Notes: generated by a model from the letters alone, not told the origin. Shown: positions 1 through 9,934, counted from the first letter of the stretch. The stretch: 61,449 nucleotides of DNA from Candidatus Caldarchaeum sp. (GCA_038844785.1 JAWBRA010000011.1:1-61449), one strand, 5' to 3'. Numbers and translations: made by a program.

Positions 1-187
1 TTTGGAGATAGGAATAGGGTTGAGAGGTGGTTTAGGAAGCTTAAGGATAGGACCAAGAGATTCTACAACAACATAAACTCAAAGACTGTAAAGAGTGTTG
101 AGGAGATAGCAGCAGCAATAGCCCTAATACACAACACACTCATAAAAACCAAGACAGAAGGAGGCGTATTACTTGGTTGACAGTACC
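1..187 (+). mobile_element. 3' end of an IS6-family insertion sequence (transposase C-terminus 1..180 plus right terminal inverted repeat ~175..187)
   Basis: Frame 1 reads FGDRNRVERWFRKLKDRTKRFYNNINS..., the N-x-(I/V)-E-R-x-F-x-x-L-K motif of archaeal IS6/IS240 DDE transposases. The reverse complement of 175-187 is GGTACTGTCAACC, resembling IS6-type termini (GG(C/T)ACTGT...). Confidence 0.8.
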
Positions 188-239
188 CCTGACGGCATCC
201 AATAAACTTTAATATTAATCAATTGGATAAGCTATTTCC

Positions 240-548
240 ATGGATCTTCGGCTGGATGCCCAAACTGTTCTCGCTGTTGTTTGGTTTTTCATAGGCTTTG
301 GAGCTGGGGTAGCCGTCATCCGTTTCTGGAAAATTCTGCTAGCCGTTGTCGTGATTGCTGTTTTATTGCCCATAGTAATCAGCATCGCAGGGCTGCGAAG
401 CCCCCTAACATCTGAAGATGTTGTCAACGCTTTCATTAGAGGATTGAACATGTTTGTCTCAATCATTGCCTCAAACCAGTTTGCAGCCCTAGGCTTTTTG
501 CTGGGAGTGGTGTTAGGCGTTATAACTTTTGTTTTGAGAAGCAAGTGA
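240..548 (+). CDS. small hypothetical membrane protein
   Basis: 102-aa ORF with about 3 hydrophobic segments, 7 nt upstream of the next gene. Confidence 0.7.
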   Translation: MDLRLDAQTVLAVVWFFIGFGAGVAVIRFWKILLAVVVIAVLLPIVISIAGLRSPLTSEDVVNAFIRGLNMFVSIIASNQFAALGFLLGVVLGVITFVLRSK

Positions 549-555
549 TGATACT

Positions 556-1431
556 ATGTTGGATAAGTTTGCGGGTATTGTTTCGGCTACCTTAACTCCG
601 TCCGACGATTTTGAGGCTAAGACAGCGGAGCTCGTGGACTTTCATCTAAAGAATCGTGTGAACGGTTTTTTCGTTCTCGGAACCAACGGAGAGGGCGTTA
701 AAATAAAGCCGGAGCTGAGAAAGAGGATAGCCGAGGCTTTCGTAAACGCCGTCGGCTCCAAGGGCATGGTCATAATACATACAGGGGCGTCGGACATAGA
801 GACCGTTAGGGACTTGACTCAGCATGCCTCAAAAATCGGCGCCAACGCTGTTGCAGCAGTCTTCCCGTTCTACTACAAGTATGACTTCGGGTCTCTCGTC
901 AACTTTTACAGGAAGATTGTTGAGGCATCCAGTGTTCCTGTTCTGGCTTACAACAATCCTTCGACCCAAGGCTATGTGGTTTCACCACAGTATGTCGAGC
1001 TTTTGCTGGAAAAGGTTGAAGGGTTGGCTGGGATAAAGGACAGCAGCAAAGATCCAGAGCACCTGCTAAGCCTTTCACGCAAATTCTCGGAAAAAATGTT
1101 CATAGCATCTGGTGGAGACGAATTGATACTGTACAGTCTGGCGATTGGGGTTAAAGCTCAGATCAGCGCTATCGCCTCAATATTTCCAGATCTAGCCACC
1201 GCTTTGAGAGAGGCGTTTCAATCTGGAGATGTTTCCGCGGCGCTGAAGGTTCAGCACACAGTCAACGTGTTGAAAAACATCATCGAGACCTCTGGTCCAT
1301 ATCATGCAGCCTGTAAGTATGTTTTGAGGCTTAGAGGCGTTGACGTTGGAGGCCCTTATCCGCCTACAAGAGAGCTGACTGCTGAGGAGTCTGAGAACCT
1401 GCGGAAATCGCTCGCCCAATTTATCCGCTGA
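556..1431 (+). CDS. dihydrodipicolinate synthase / N-acetylneuraminate lyase family aldolase
   Basis: GTNGE, YNNP and GIKDSS (Schiff-base Lys) motifs. Confidence 0.9.
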   Translation: MLDKFAGIVSATLTPSDDFEAKTAELVDFHLKNRVNGFFVLGTNGEGVKIKPELRKRIAEAFVNAVGSKGMVIIHTGASDIETVRDLTQHASKIGANAVAAVFPFYYKYDFGSLVNFYRKIVEASSVPVLAYNNPSTQGYVVSPQYVELLLEKVEGLAGIKDSSKDPEHLLSLSRKFSEKMFIASGGDELILYSLAIGVKAQISAIASIFPDLATALREAFQSGDVSAALKVQHTVNVLKNIIETSGPYHAACKYVLRLRGVDVGGPYPPTRELTAEESENLRKSLAQFIR

Positions 1432-1470
1432 CAGGGGAAAGTATAAATCCGCTGGCATGCCGCAAACTCC

Positions 1471-1857
1471 ATGGTTAAACAGGCTGTTTCAACTGAAAAG
1501 GCTCCAAAGCCCGTAGGCCCCTACTCTCAGGCCGTACTTGCCGGAGACTTTCTTTTCCTGTCCGGCCAGGTCGCCATAAACCCTGCTACTGGAAAGATAG
1601 AGGGAGACGACGTAAAGACCCAAACAAGAAGAATTTTAGAGAATGCGAAAGCGATCCTCGAGTCCGTAGGCCGTTCTCTTGACGACGTCGTCAAAGCAAC
1701 GGTCTATTTGACGGATCCCGAACATTTCAAGGATATGAATGAAGTTTACCGAGAGTATTTTAGGAACGAGCCTCCTGCGAGGACCACGGTAGTGGTCCAG
1801 CTGCCTTTGAAAGATGCTTTGGTTGAGGTCGACCTCATTGCTTATGTGGGGGGTTGA
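1471..1857 (+). CDS. ridA: RidA/YjgF family enamine/imine deaminase
   Basis: APKPVGPYSQAV, FLSGQ, MNEVY, PPART and VEVD motifs. Confidence 0.93.
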   Translation: MVKQAVSTEKAPKPVGPYSQAVLAGDFLFLSGQVAINPATGKIEGDDVKTQTRRILENAKAILESVGRSLDDVVKATVYLTDPEHFKDMNEVYREYFRNEPPARTTVVVQLPLKDALVEVDLIAYVGG

Positions 1858-3970
1858 AAGTTAAAACTTCTAGCGGATGGTAGACGGGTAAGCCGGCTCC
1901 CTCCTCGATGTGTACGCGGCATACGCTGCTTGTTGTGACAACCATGTCGCAGCCGCTTTTCTTGATAAGCTCGAACAGCGGTTCTCCCACCACGTTGGAA
2001 AGCTCGTACCCCAGCACTCCATGTTTCATCCCGAACGAGCCGGCCATACCGCAGCATGTTCCAGTTTCTACGAAAAATGCGTCATAGCCTGCTAGTTTCA
2101 ACAGCATCTGCACTGATTCCGAGGAGTCTAGTGCTCTTTCGTGGCAGGGGATGTGTATAGCCACACGTTTCGCCTCAACTCTTCCAACACTCAGCTTGTT
2201 TTCACGTACAAGTCGAGCCAAAACCTCTGTAGCCGAAAAAGTTGATGCAGCAACTTTCCGAGACTCCTCGCTGTAGTTAAGAAGCTTGGGGTATACGAAT
2301 TTGAGAGAATAGGTTGCTGTAGGTTCTATCGACACAACCACTCCACCATCCCTGAGACTGTCGTACAGGTTCCTGACATTGTATTCCGCAACTTTACGTG
2401 CTTTATCGAGGTCGCCGTATGCAACGTAGGGATAGCCGCTCGTCTTCTGCCTTGGATAGACTATGCTGTAGCCTGCCTCTTCAAGCAAAGCGACGACCTT
2501 CATCCCGATGTCCGGCCTAACATATTGTGCAAAGAAATCGGCAAACAAAACAGCTTTTTCAACACCTTCGCGTAAAGGCTTTTTCTTCAGAAGCTGTTCT
2601 AGGGTCTTTCCCGCTAGCGGTGGTATCTTTCTCCTCCGTTCAACACCGAGCAACCTCTCCATCAAAAACCTGACTGTTTTACTGTTCATGAGCCGGTTAA
2701 AGAGCCATGGCGCCTGCGAGGCTAGGCCGTAGAAAAGCTCGTAGTTTTCAACTATTTTGTTGACGGGCAGCTGGCCTGCCTGCTTGACTATCCGATGTTT
2801 CACCTCAGCTATCATCATGGGCATGTCGATTTTCGCGGGGCATATCTCCTTACAAAGACCGCATGAGATGCATAGCTCTGAGAACATGGCTGCTTTGTCG
2901 AGGCCGTGGACGAACGCTGTCCATGGAATGCCTATTGCACCTGTGTAGATGTATCCGAAAACATGTCCTCCGACAGCAGAGTAGGTTGGGCAGATGTTCA
3001 TGCATGCACCGCATCTGATACAGTAAAGCGCTTCCCTAAACCATGGATCATTTCTCATAGCTTTTCTGCCGTTGTCTATTACTATGATGTGCAGGTCCCG
3101 TCCTTCTGTCCTGCCTGCCATCGGGTTTCTTCCGCTGATGAACGAGACGTAGGTGGTTAGCGGCTGGCCCGTTGAGCTGACGGGATGGGCTATGATGAGC
3201 TTTAACGCGTCGTCAACCGTTTCGACGATTTTCTCCAAACCCATCACAACTATATGGGTGGCGGGCGGGATGCTTCCAAGCCTGTCATTCCCCTCGTTGG
3301 TTTCAACTACTACTGTTCCCGTCTCGGCTATACCAATGTTAGCTCCAGTAACACCTATGTCTGCCGTGAGAAACATTTTCCGCAAATAGCCTCTAACGAA
3401 ATTCATTAAATCGCTTATCTCGCTGCTGAGAGGTCTTTCTGCGATTCTTGAAAAAAGTTCAGCAACCTCACGGCTTGTTTTATGGACAGCCGGGTAAACT
3501 AGGTGGAATGGTTTTTCTCGTGCAAGCTGTATGATGAACTCTCCTAAATCAGTCTCAACAATCTTCAACCCTCTCTCTTCAAGGTAAGCGTTGAGCTCGA
3601 TCTCCTCTGTCGTCATCGATTTGCTTTTTGTGAGAAGCTTTGCGTTCCTCCCCACAGCAATGTCATAAACTATTTTGCATGCCTCCAAGGCATCCTTTGC
3701 CAGATAGACTTTGGCGCCTCTTTTCTCACAGTTAAGCTTGAATTTTTCAAAGAGTTCTTCGAGGTTTTCAACAGCCCTTTCCCTGACAGAACGCACGGAA
3801 TTCCTAAAATCCTCAAAATCTGGGATCATTAAGTTTATTGTCTCTTTTCTGGCGTTTAGTGTGCGGGTTAGAGCGTCTCTTAAGTAGTTTCTCCATTCTT
3901 TTTTCTGTAGAATGTCTGCTGTTTTTTCGATGAGTAGTTGATGTGTTTTCTCAGTGTTCTTCAAAGCCAT
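1835..3970 (-). CDS. LUD-domain/4Fe-4S protein (LutB/LldF-like) fused to C-terminal CCG domains
   Basis: KSKSMTTEEI, ETDLGEFIIQL, NEGN, CIRCGACMNICP and CISCGLCKEICP motifs; C-terminal HIPCH and CCGMAGSFG. Confidence 0.88.
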   Translation of the reverse strand: MALKNTEKTHQLLIEKTADILQKKEWRNYLRDALTRTLNARKETINLMIPDFEDFRNSVRSVRERAVENLEELFEKFKLNCEKRGAKVYLAKDALEACKIVYDIAVGRNAKLLTKSKSMTTEEIELNAYLEERGLKIVETDLGEFIIQLAREKPFHLVYPAVHKTSREVAELFSRIAERPLSSEISDLMNFVRGYLRKMFLTADIGVTGANIGIAETGTVVVETNEGNDRLGSIPPATHIVVMGLEKIVETVDDALKLIIAHPVSSTGQPLTTYVSFISGRNPMAGRTEGRDLHIIVIDNGRKAMRNDPWFREALYCIRCGACMNICPTYSAVGGHVFGYIYTGAIGIPWTAFVHGLDKAAMFSELCISCGLCKEICPAKIDMPMMIAEVKHRIVKQAGQLPVNKIVENYELFYGLASQAPWLFNRLMNSKTVRFLMERLLGVERRRKIPPLAGKTLEQLLKKKPLREGVEKAVLFADFFAQYVRPDIGMKVVALLEEAGYSIVYPRQKTSGYPYVAYGDLDKARKVAEYNVRNLYDSLRDGGVVVSIEPTATYSLKFVYPKLLNYSEESRKVAASTFSATEVLARLVRENKLSVGRVEAKRVAIHIPCHERALDSSESVQMLLKLAGYDAFFVETGTCCGMAGSFGMKHGVLGYELSNVVGEPLFELIKKSGCDMVVTTSSVCRVHIEEGAGLPVYHPLEVLTFNPPHKQ

Positions 3971-4536
3971 TTTAAAACCACCGCCGCCACGACATGTGGG
4001 CCGTGGATTCCTACGACGAGTCTTTGCTCAATATCTCCTGACCGGCTGGGGCCTGAGACAAACGTTACAGCTGCGCTTCTTGACCGAAAGCTCTCGCGGA
4101 TTAGCTCAGCCAGCTCGTAAACCGGCCCCACTACTGTTGACGCTTTCACAAGCATTATGTGAACTTTCGGCATGCTTGACACAAGCCTTTCGACATCGTC
4201 ATAAGCCACCTCCACGAGCGTGCCTGTTTCGGCAACCGCTGCAGCTGCTGCAGATACACCAGCGTCAACGTCATCCAACTTTTCCACAGGACTCTCAACC
4301 ACGTCCTCTTTTCTATAAACCTTCACATGTTTAGATAAAGATTGGATAATCTGCTCCTCGACTTCTTTGAAAAGGTTTGAAACAAACACAGACTTGACAC
4401 CTTGCGATTTAATTATCTCAACCACATGCTCAGCGGCTTCCGCGATGTCTGAAGCTAGAGATGCTTGTCCGTTCACTTTTCTAAATCTTTCGCAGAATAG
4501 GTCCAGCCTGTTTTGCTGCGATGTTTTTATCATCAT
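3961..4536 (-). CDS. LutC/YkgG family lactate utilisation protein
   Basis: AETGT, SGPSRSGDIE and GIHGP motifs; overlaps the LutB-like gene. Confidence 0.88.
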   Translation of the reverse strand: MMIKTSQQNRLDLFCERFRKVNGQASLASDIAEAAEHVVEIIKSQGVKSVFVSNLFKEVEEQIIQSLSKHVKVYRKEDVVESPVEKLDDVDAGVSAAAAAVAETGTLVEVAYDDVERLVSSMPKVHIMLVKASTVVGPVYELAELIRESFRSRSAAVTFVSGPSRSGDIEQRLVVGIHGPHVVAAVVLKWL

Positions 4537-4538
4537 GT

Positions 4539-5027
4539 TTAGTGTTTATGCTCGTGTTCTTCAGCTGAGCCTGCCGTCGGATTTTCAACGTGGAAATGCA
4601 GTAGTTTACCGCTTTCAAACTTCAGATACACGTGAAACGTCTCAACTTTCTCCAAGTCGCCGGAGACCATTATGTGATATCCTTCTCCCTCAACTCCTCT
4701 CATTTTCACCTCGCTTAATGGCGCGATGCAAACTTTTTCAACTTTGACCATACGCATGACGTCTTTCTCAATTATTGTTTTGTGTATTTCTGCTTTAATT
4801 GGAAACTCTTTCCCGCCAATCTCGCCGTTCACCTCAACACCTACAACACAGTCGGGGAGAAGGCCGTTGTTCCTAAGGTTTAAGAATATACCTCCTACAT
4901 CCTTTGAAACTCTAGCCGTAACGTCAGATGCTTGTGGAAGAGAGCCTACGGCGAAAACTGAGGCGGCAGCGGCTAAAAGAGATGCAACAACCGCTATCCA
5001 CACAAGTTTATTCAATTTCATTTTCAA
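4539..5027 (-). CDS. copper chaperone PCu(A)C family, exported
   Basis: Signal peptide; EIHKT...VMRM...GYHIM copper-binding motif; His-rich tail. Confidence 0.85.
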   Translation of the reverse strand: MKMKLNKLVWIAVVASLLAAAASVFAVGSLPQASDVTARVSKDVGGIFLNLRNNGLLPDCVVGVEVNGEIGGKEFPIKAEIHKTIIEKDVMRMVKVEKVCIAPLSEVKMRGVEGEGYHIMVSGDLEKVETFHVYLKFESGKLLHFHVENPTAGSAEEHEHKH

Positions 5028-5083
5028 AACTTAGACAGAAACCTCATATAAATATATATGTTAGAGAATCGAATCTGCCGGCG

Positions 5084-5449
5084 TTGAAGTTCCGTCTGCT
5101 CGACATACTAGCCTGCCCCATGTGCAGAGCTTTCCCGCTTAAGCTGAGCGTGTTTGAGGAGAGGAACATACAGCCGCCCGATAGAATAAGACGATGTGAG
5201 CTGTATTGTAGTTTTCACGGAAACTATGTCAAGGAGCTGGCTGAAACCGAATGCTACAAATGTTATGGATTGGAGGTGACGGCAGGGTTGTTGGAGTGCA
5301 ATTCATGCGGCCGCTGGTACCCTGTTGTGGATGACATCCCTCGGATGCTACCCGACGACATGCGTGACAGAAAACTGGACAGACAATTTGTTGAAAGATG
5401 GCGTAACCTTCTGCCCCAGAGAATACTGCAATCCTTCACCCAGTCATGA
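5084..5449 (+). CDS. Trm112 family methyltransferase activator
   Basis: MKFRLLDILACPMC...CNSCGRWYPVVDDIPRMLPD; start moved to TTG 5084, downstream of the AT-rich divergent promoter region. Confidence 0.88.
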   Translation: MKFRLLDILACPMCRAFPLKLSVFEERNIQPPDRIRRCELYCSFHGNYVKELAETECYKCYGLEVTAGLLECNSCGRWYPVVDDIPRMLPDDMRDRKLDRQFVERWRNLLPQRILQSFTQS

Positions 5450-6899
5450 GTGTTTGAAGCCCTGTTTTCTCAGCCCTAGTCCAACGTGGTTTTCTCCTCA
5501 AAACCGTTACGTCCAGGACAGACTTGAGGGCTATGATGTCGAGTAGGTGTTTGTAGCCAATTACAGCAAAAGGTGCGTATACAACAAGCCTAACATCTTC
5601 GTCGTCCAAGTCAAGAGCTATTAAAGAAACTAGAGACTGAAGAAGGCTGAACACAGCATACAGACACAACACGTATCCAAGGCCGCCCGATAACGCTATG
5701 ACAGCGGCTGCAAATATCGCGACCACGCCTAAAGCTGGAACTATAAGCTGCTGTATTACTAGGAGAGGGAAAATCAGATAGTTTAAGAAGCCGTAGCGTG
5801 GATTCCTCAGGGCGTCACTATGTCTGAGAAGGACTTGAGTGTTTCCACGATACCATCTAAGACGTTGTCTGTAGAAACCGGATAAACTTGAGGGAGCCTC
5901 GGTGTATGCGTAAACTTTTGACGGGGCTTGAATGACTCCGCCTGTTTTGAGCAGTTTTACGGTTAGGTCAAAATCCTCTGTTACCGTTGTTTTATCATAT
6001 TTTCCAACGGTTGACGCGGTCCCCCGTCTGAACGCAGCTAAAGGACCTGGCATAACTTGGACAACTCCGAAATAAGATGTAGCGCGTCTCATTATGTTAA
6101 GCTGCGTCACATACTCTAGTGCTTGATTCTTCGTCAGCCAGTTGACACGGTTTACAACTCTTACGTTGCCCGCTACTCCGACGACACGAGGGTCTTTAAA
6201 CGGTTTTACAATCTGTTTCAAGGTCTCTCTGTTTATTATTGTGTCCGCGTCTATTGTGACGATAATTTCTCCTGAGGCGAACAAAAGGCCGTAGTTTAGC
6301 GCCGAGGCTTTTCCCCCGTTTGGTTTTCTCAGGACGACAACTCCTTTTTCACGGTATTTTGTAGCTATTTCGAATGTTCGGTCGGTGCTGCCGTCGTCCA
6401 CGACTATGATTTCCTTACTGGGGTAATCCGCTTCTAGAACGGCCTCGATACAGTGGGCTATCCATCTCTCTTCATTGTAGGCAGGAATTATCACCGTTAC
6501 GGGCATGAGATAACTGGGCTCTTTCTCCAGCTTCTCCTCCATACGCCGGCTCGCCACGGCGAGTGGAACAGCCAGCATGTTCGTGAAAAACACTAGCGTA
6601 AAGCTTGAGAGCATTATCGGCTTGTACCAATCATTCAAAAGCCTGAACTCTTCAAAGAAAACAAAAACAGACGACACGAGAGGGGCTAAAACAAGGGAGA
6701 AAGACATAAGGGGATAGCGGGATTTCTTAAGCTCCTCCTTGTAGAAACGGCCTTTACGCACGCCGTACAACAAAGTAGTTAGAGCGAGAATCGCCGCAGC
6801 TGCAAATGTCAACCATACCGCAAAACTTGCTACGAGGAAAATAGTTAGCGTAACTGTCGCAAAAGTCAGTAAAACGGCGGTTACTACAGAGGCCTTCAA
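5436..6899 (-). CDS. membrane-bound GT2 glycosyltransferase (cellulose synthase/PgaC-like)
   Basis: IIPAYNEE, DDGSTD, DAD, TED and QRLRW motifs; TM segments at both ends. Confidence 0.9.
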   Translation of the reverse strand: MKASVVTAVLLTFATVTLTIFLVASFAVWLTFAAAAILALTTLLYGVRKGRFYKEELKKSRYPLMSFSLVLAPLVSSVFVFFEEFRLLNDWYKPIMLSSFTLVFFTNMLAVPLAVASRRMEEKLEKEPSYLMPVTVIIPAYNEERWIAHCIEAVLEADYPSKEIIVVDDGSTDRTFEIATKYREKGVVVLRKPNGGKASALNYGLLFASGEIIVTIDADTIINRETLKQIVKPFKDPRVVGVAGNVRVVNRVNWLTKNQALEYVTQLNIMRRATSYFGVVQVMPGPLAAFRRGTASTVGKYDKTTVTEDFDLTVKLLKTGGVIQAPSKVYAYTEAPSSLSGFYRQRLRWYRGNTQVLLRHSDALRNPRYGFLNYLIFPLLVIQQLIVPALGVVAIFAAAVIALSGGLGYVLCLYAVFSLLQSLVSLIALDLDDEDVRLVVYAPFAVIGYKHLLDIIALKSVLDVTVLRRKPRWTRAEKTGLQTLMTG

Positions 6900-6933
6900 C
6901 CTACAGCATCCTATGTTCTTCGGCTGTATTTAG

Positions 6934-7020
6934 GGCCGAGGGCGAGATTCGAACTCGCGCTGCAGGGTCCACAGCCCTGAGGGCTTTCTGGCCACGTAAC
7001 CAGGCTACCCCACCTCGGCC
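6934..7020 (-). tRNA. tRNA-His(GTG) with encoded G-1 and a 12-nt D-loop intron (6986..6997)
   Basis: Minus strand folds as a cloverleaf: acceptor GCCGAGG/CCTCGGC, anticodon arm CAGGG-CTGTGGA-CCCTG, T arm GCGAG-TTCGAAT-CTCGC. The extra ACGTGGCCAGAA in the D-loop lies within a BHB motif. Confidence 0.93.
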
Positions 7021-7070
7021 ATCCGGGAGCTTTCACCCACCCTCTGCTTAGTCGATTCTTAAATTTTGCC

Positions 7071-7838
7071 TCATATTCCAGTCAGCACCACACGTTTTAT
7101 AAGCTCATAAACAGCGATCGCTTCGTTCAATGTTATTCGGCACACACGTTTGTTCAACACCCCGTCAGAGAGGTTGGAAAGCTCTACAAGCTTAATCGCC
7201 TCTCTCTTGCTGGTCCGACTCCAGAAAACGTTTCGTAGAGCGTTCCTAACCTTGCTACCATTCTGCGAAAAGAAAATCATCATCAACCTCTCGGCCTCGC
7301 CTAGGTCTAAGGGTGTTAACAACAAGATGCAGGCCTTTCCAGGGTAAGGCGGGCTGAACACGCTGCCATCCAACACGTCCATCACCCTGCTGCGATATGC
7401 CAGCTGCACTCTGAAGCTCAGCAGGGAAACATACCTCTCCGACGTAAGAGTTTGAGCAAACCGCAACGGAGCTATCAGCGACATTGGAACGGGTTTTCTC
7501 AGATGCCGCTGGAGCAAAGGCTCGAGCATGCTGAATGGAGGGTTGGAGACAACCTTGTTGTAGAGCGGAAGCTTTAAGCCGAGAAAGCTTCCCCAGAAAA
7601 CACGTATGTTTCCGTAACGTGCTGCTAACCTTGCGAGCTGCGGCTCGAACGTTTTGTCCAGTTCGACTGCGTACACCATCTTCGCCTTCTCGGCAAGCTT
7701 TTCAGTTACGACCCCGGTTCCCGCTCCAACGTCCAGCACAACATCGTCTCCAGAGACTTCCGACACGTCAACAAGTCTGTCCACAACGTTCTTGTCTATC
7801 AGGAAGTGTTGGTCGGCTTTCAGTCGGGCCAGCCCCAT
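7071..7838 (-). CDS. ksgA: rRNA adenine N6-dimethyltransferase (KsgA/Dim1 family)
   Basis: QHFL, VLDVGAGTG, VELD and VVSNPPF motifs. Confidence 0.85.
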   Translation of the reverse strand: MGLARLKADQHFLIDKNVVDRLVDVSEVSGDDVVLDVGAGTGVVTEKLAEKAKMVYAVELDKTFEPQLARLAARYGNIRVFWGSFLGLKLPLYNKVVSNPPFSMLEPLLQRHLRKPVPMSLIAPLRFAQTLTSERYVSLLSFRVQLAYRSRVMDVLDGSVFSPPYPGKACILLLTPLDLGEAERLMMIFFSQNGSKVRNALRNVFWSRTSKREAIKLVELSNLSDGVLNKRVCRITLNEAIAVYELIKRVVLTGI

Positions 7839-8137
7839 GTCTTGTAGAGAAAGTATGAGCTGCCCCGTTTAAAAAACAAATGCTTGAAATCCCGCCAGCT
7901 GCGGGCCTGCTTGGGGAGGGGTTGCGGAAGGTCTTCCGTCGGCAGGATCTTGAACCCAACTATGTCACCCGTCTTTGCACCATGGGTTCTCATGTTTTCT
8001 ACGATACCAGACATGACGAGCGTGCAGCCCAAGCTGAGCGCCTCATCCTCAGACGCCGCTACGCCGTTGTGGTCCACGACATCGGACACGGGTATCCACC
8101 CTCTTCCCTGCACGAAGACGAAGACCTTGAAAGCCAT
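7820..8137 (-). CDS. hypothetical protein
   Basis: 105-aa ORF with an AT-rich promoter-like sequence upstream; overlaps the ksgA start. Confidence 0.65.
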   Translation of the reverse strand: MAFKVFVFVQGRGWIPVSDVVDHNGVAASEDEALSLGCTLVMSGIVENMRTHGAKTGDIVGFKILPTEDLPQPLPKQARSWRDFKHLFFKRGSSYFLYKTWGWPD

Positions 8138-8193
8138 GAGGCAATCCTTGCCTCAATAAATTTATAGATGAAGCGTCTACAAATTTTTCAGAG

Positions 8194-8736
8194 ATGGTTA
8201 GGGTTAGGAACACTGAGGTCTTCTGCATCAAAGGGGACATAACGGAATGTGACACGGATGCAATAGTCAACGCGGCTAACGAGTGGCTGAAGATGGGCGG
8301 GGGCGTGGCTGGTGCAATACTTCGGAAGGGCGGGAGGTCCATACAGGACGAATGTGATAAAATCGGCTACTGTCCTGTTGGCGGCGCGGTCATAACTGGG
8401 GCTGGAAGACTGAAGGCCAAGCACGTCATCCACGCAGTCGGACCGAGGATGGGTGAGGGTGATGAAGAGAGGAAACTCCGCGACGCCGTGTTAAACAGCT
8501 TAAAGCTCGCAGACCTTTACGCCCTTCGTTCAATAGCCTTCCCAGCGATATCAACGGGTGCTTTCGGCTATCCGTTGGAGGACGCCGCCCGAGTTATAGT
8601 GAACTCGACCCTAGACTATTTGATGCGTGAGAACACGTCGCTGGAGAAGGTGGTTTTCGTGCTTTACGACGATAGGGCGTACAAAATTTTCAGCCAGGTT
8701 CTTGAGAGCCGGCCCAGCCCGAGTACTCGGGCATAG
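8194..8736 (+). CDS. macro domain protein (ADP-ribose binding/hydrolase)
   Basis: [24 protein letters not shown] and [10 protein letters not shown] motifs. Confidence 0.95.
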   Translation: MVRVRNTEVFCIKGDITECDTDAIVNAANEWLKMGGGVAGAILRKGGRSIQDECDKIGYCPVGGAVITGAGRLKAKHVIHAVGPRMGEGDEERKLRDAVLNSLKLADLYALRSIAFPAISTGAFGYPLEDAARVIVNSTLDYLMRENTSLEKVVFVLYDDRAYKIFSQVLESRPSPSTRA

Positions 8737-9214
8737 TTCTCGCGTCAGCTTCATTTGAATCGTGTCTTCTAAGCCTCCGAACGTTCTGTATGAACGAGAC
8801 AGATGATATGACCACTGTTACGCCGACGGCTATGCCTATGATGCTGAAAACAGATGGGTTGAAGACGTGGAAGAGCACCGCCGACATCCCGAAGACCGCT
8901 GACAGCCACAAGGCTGGTTCAGAGCCAGCGTAAGAAAGAAGAGCAAGAACAAGTGTCAACGCCTGCAGCACGGGAATGGGAGCCCACGGCACGATGCTGT
9001 ATACGCTAATTCCGCCTGGAGCCAGCAGGCTGAACAAGACATAGCCTGACATCGCCAATAGAGTAACCATGTTGCCGCGAGCATGTTGTTTGGAGCGTTC
9101 TTCAGGTTGTTGCTCGAGTGTGAACTCGGCTTGGCATGAGGGGCATACGGCCTTCCACGCCTGCAGCCAGTATTCGGCACCGCATTCGCTGCATACAAAC
9201 CTGTGTCTCTTCAC
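8690..9214 (-). CDS. zinc-ribbon-containing membrane protein
   Basis: N-terminal CSECG...CPSC followed by about 4 TM segments. Confidence 0.7.
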   Translation of the reverse strand: MKRHRFVCSECGAEYWLQAWKAVCPSCQAEFTLEQQPEERSKQHARGNMVTLLAMSGYVLFSLLAPGGISVYSIVPWAPIPVLQALTLVLALLSYAGSEPALWLSAVFGMSAVLFHVFNPSVFSIIGIAVGVTVVISSVSFIQNVRRLRRHDSNEADARTMPEYSGWAGSQEPG

Positions 9215-9216
9215 GC

Positions 9217-9528
9217 TCAGTCAACCTCGACATAGACGAACCCGTCTTTGACCAAGGTTCTGTATGTTTTGAGAGCTGGCAGCGGCTCGTCGAACTCAGC
9301 CGTCCCCGTGGTCAGGTCCCAGACGGCCCCATGCCCAGCACATGTGACTTTGGCTCCTTGAAGCTCTCCTTCGCTCAAGTCCCATTCCTCGTGGGAGCAA
9401 ATCGCATCCATGGCGTATATCTTTCCTTCGACGTTTGCCAGCAGAACCGGCCTACCCTCAACATTGAACGTCCTCATCGTCCCGTCCGCTATCTCATCAA
9501 CCCCAGCCACCTTTATAAGACGCGGCAT
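9217..9528 (-). CDS. Rieske [2Fe-2S] ferredoxin
   Basis: CSH...CAGH Rieske motif; start taken at ATG 9528 (MPRLIKV). Confidence 0.92.
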   Translation of the reverse strand: MPRLIKVAGVDEIADGTMRTFNVEGRPVLLANVEGKIYAMDAICSHEEWDLSEGELQGAKVTCAGHGAVWDLTTGTAEFDEPLPALKTYRTLVKDGFVYVEVD

Positions 9529-9629
9529 GCGAAAAACCCAACGCAACTGCTTAAAAGAGTTTCTGAACAACGCAGGCTACATGTCGAAAACCCATCAATA
9601 AAATTAAAAACAGCCGCCTAACCATAATG

Positions 9630-9934
9630 TTAGATAGTTGATTTGTGTTTCTTTCTTCTTGGTTTTTTCTTAATATTCTGTTGCAGTTAGGGCATTTATC
9701 CCTGTTAATAAACGTCTGATAGCACTTACTACAATACGATTCTCCCTTATCGTAGTTTGGCTGGTGGCCTGAAGGAATAAACAGAGACTCCTCATCTTCC
9801 CTATAGCTGAAACATGGTATTCCGTCTTCAACCCATACGGCTATTCTAACCCCTCGCCCGTCGTCAGCCTCTAAAATGGAACAGCGGTTGATACATATTT
9901 GGTATTCTCAACCTCCATCCTGCCGTAATGTCAT
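9630..9934 (-). pseudogene. degenerate small zinc-finger protein gene
   Basis: ATG with a GGGGGAG upstream: MTLRQDGG*EYQICINRC...YDKGESYCSKC...KCPNCNRILRK, then a frameshift in an A-run to KPRRKKHKSTI*. One in-frame TGA and one frameshift. Confidence 0.55.
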
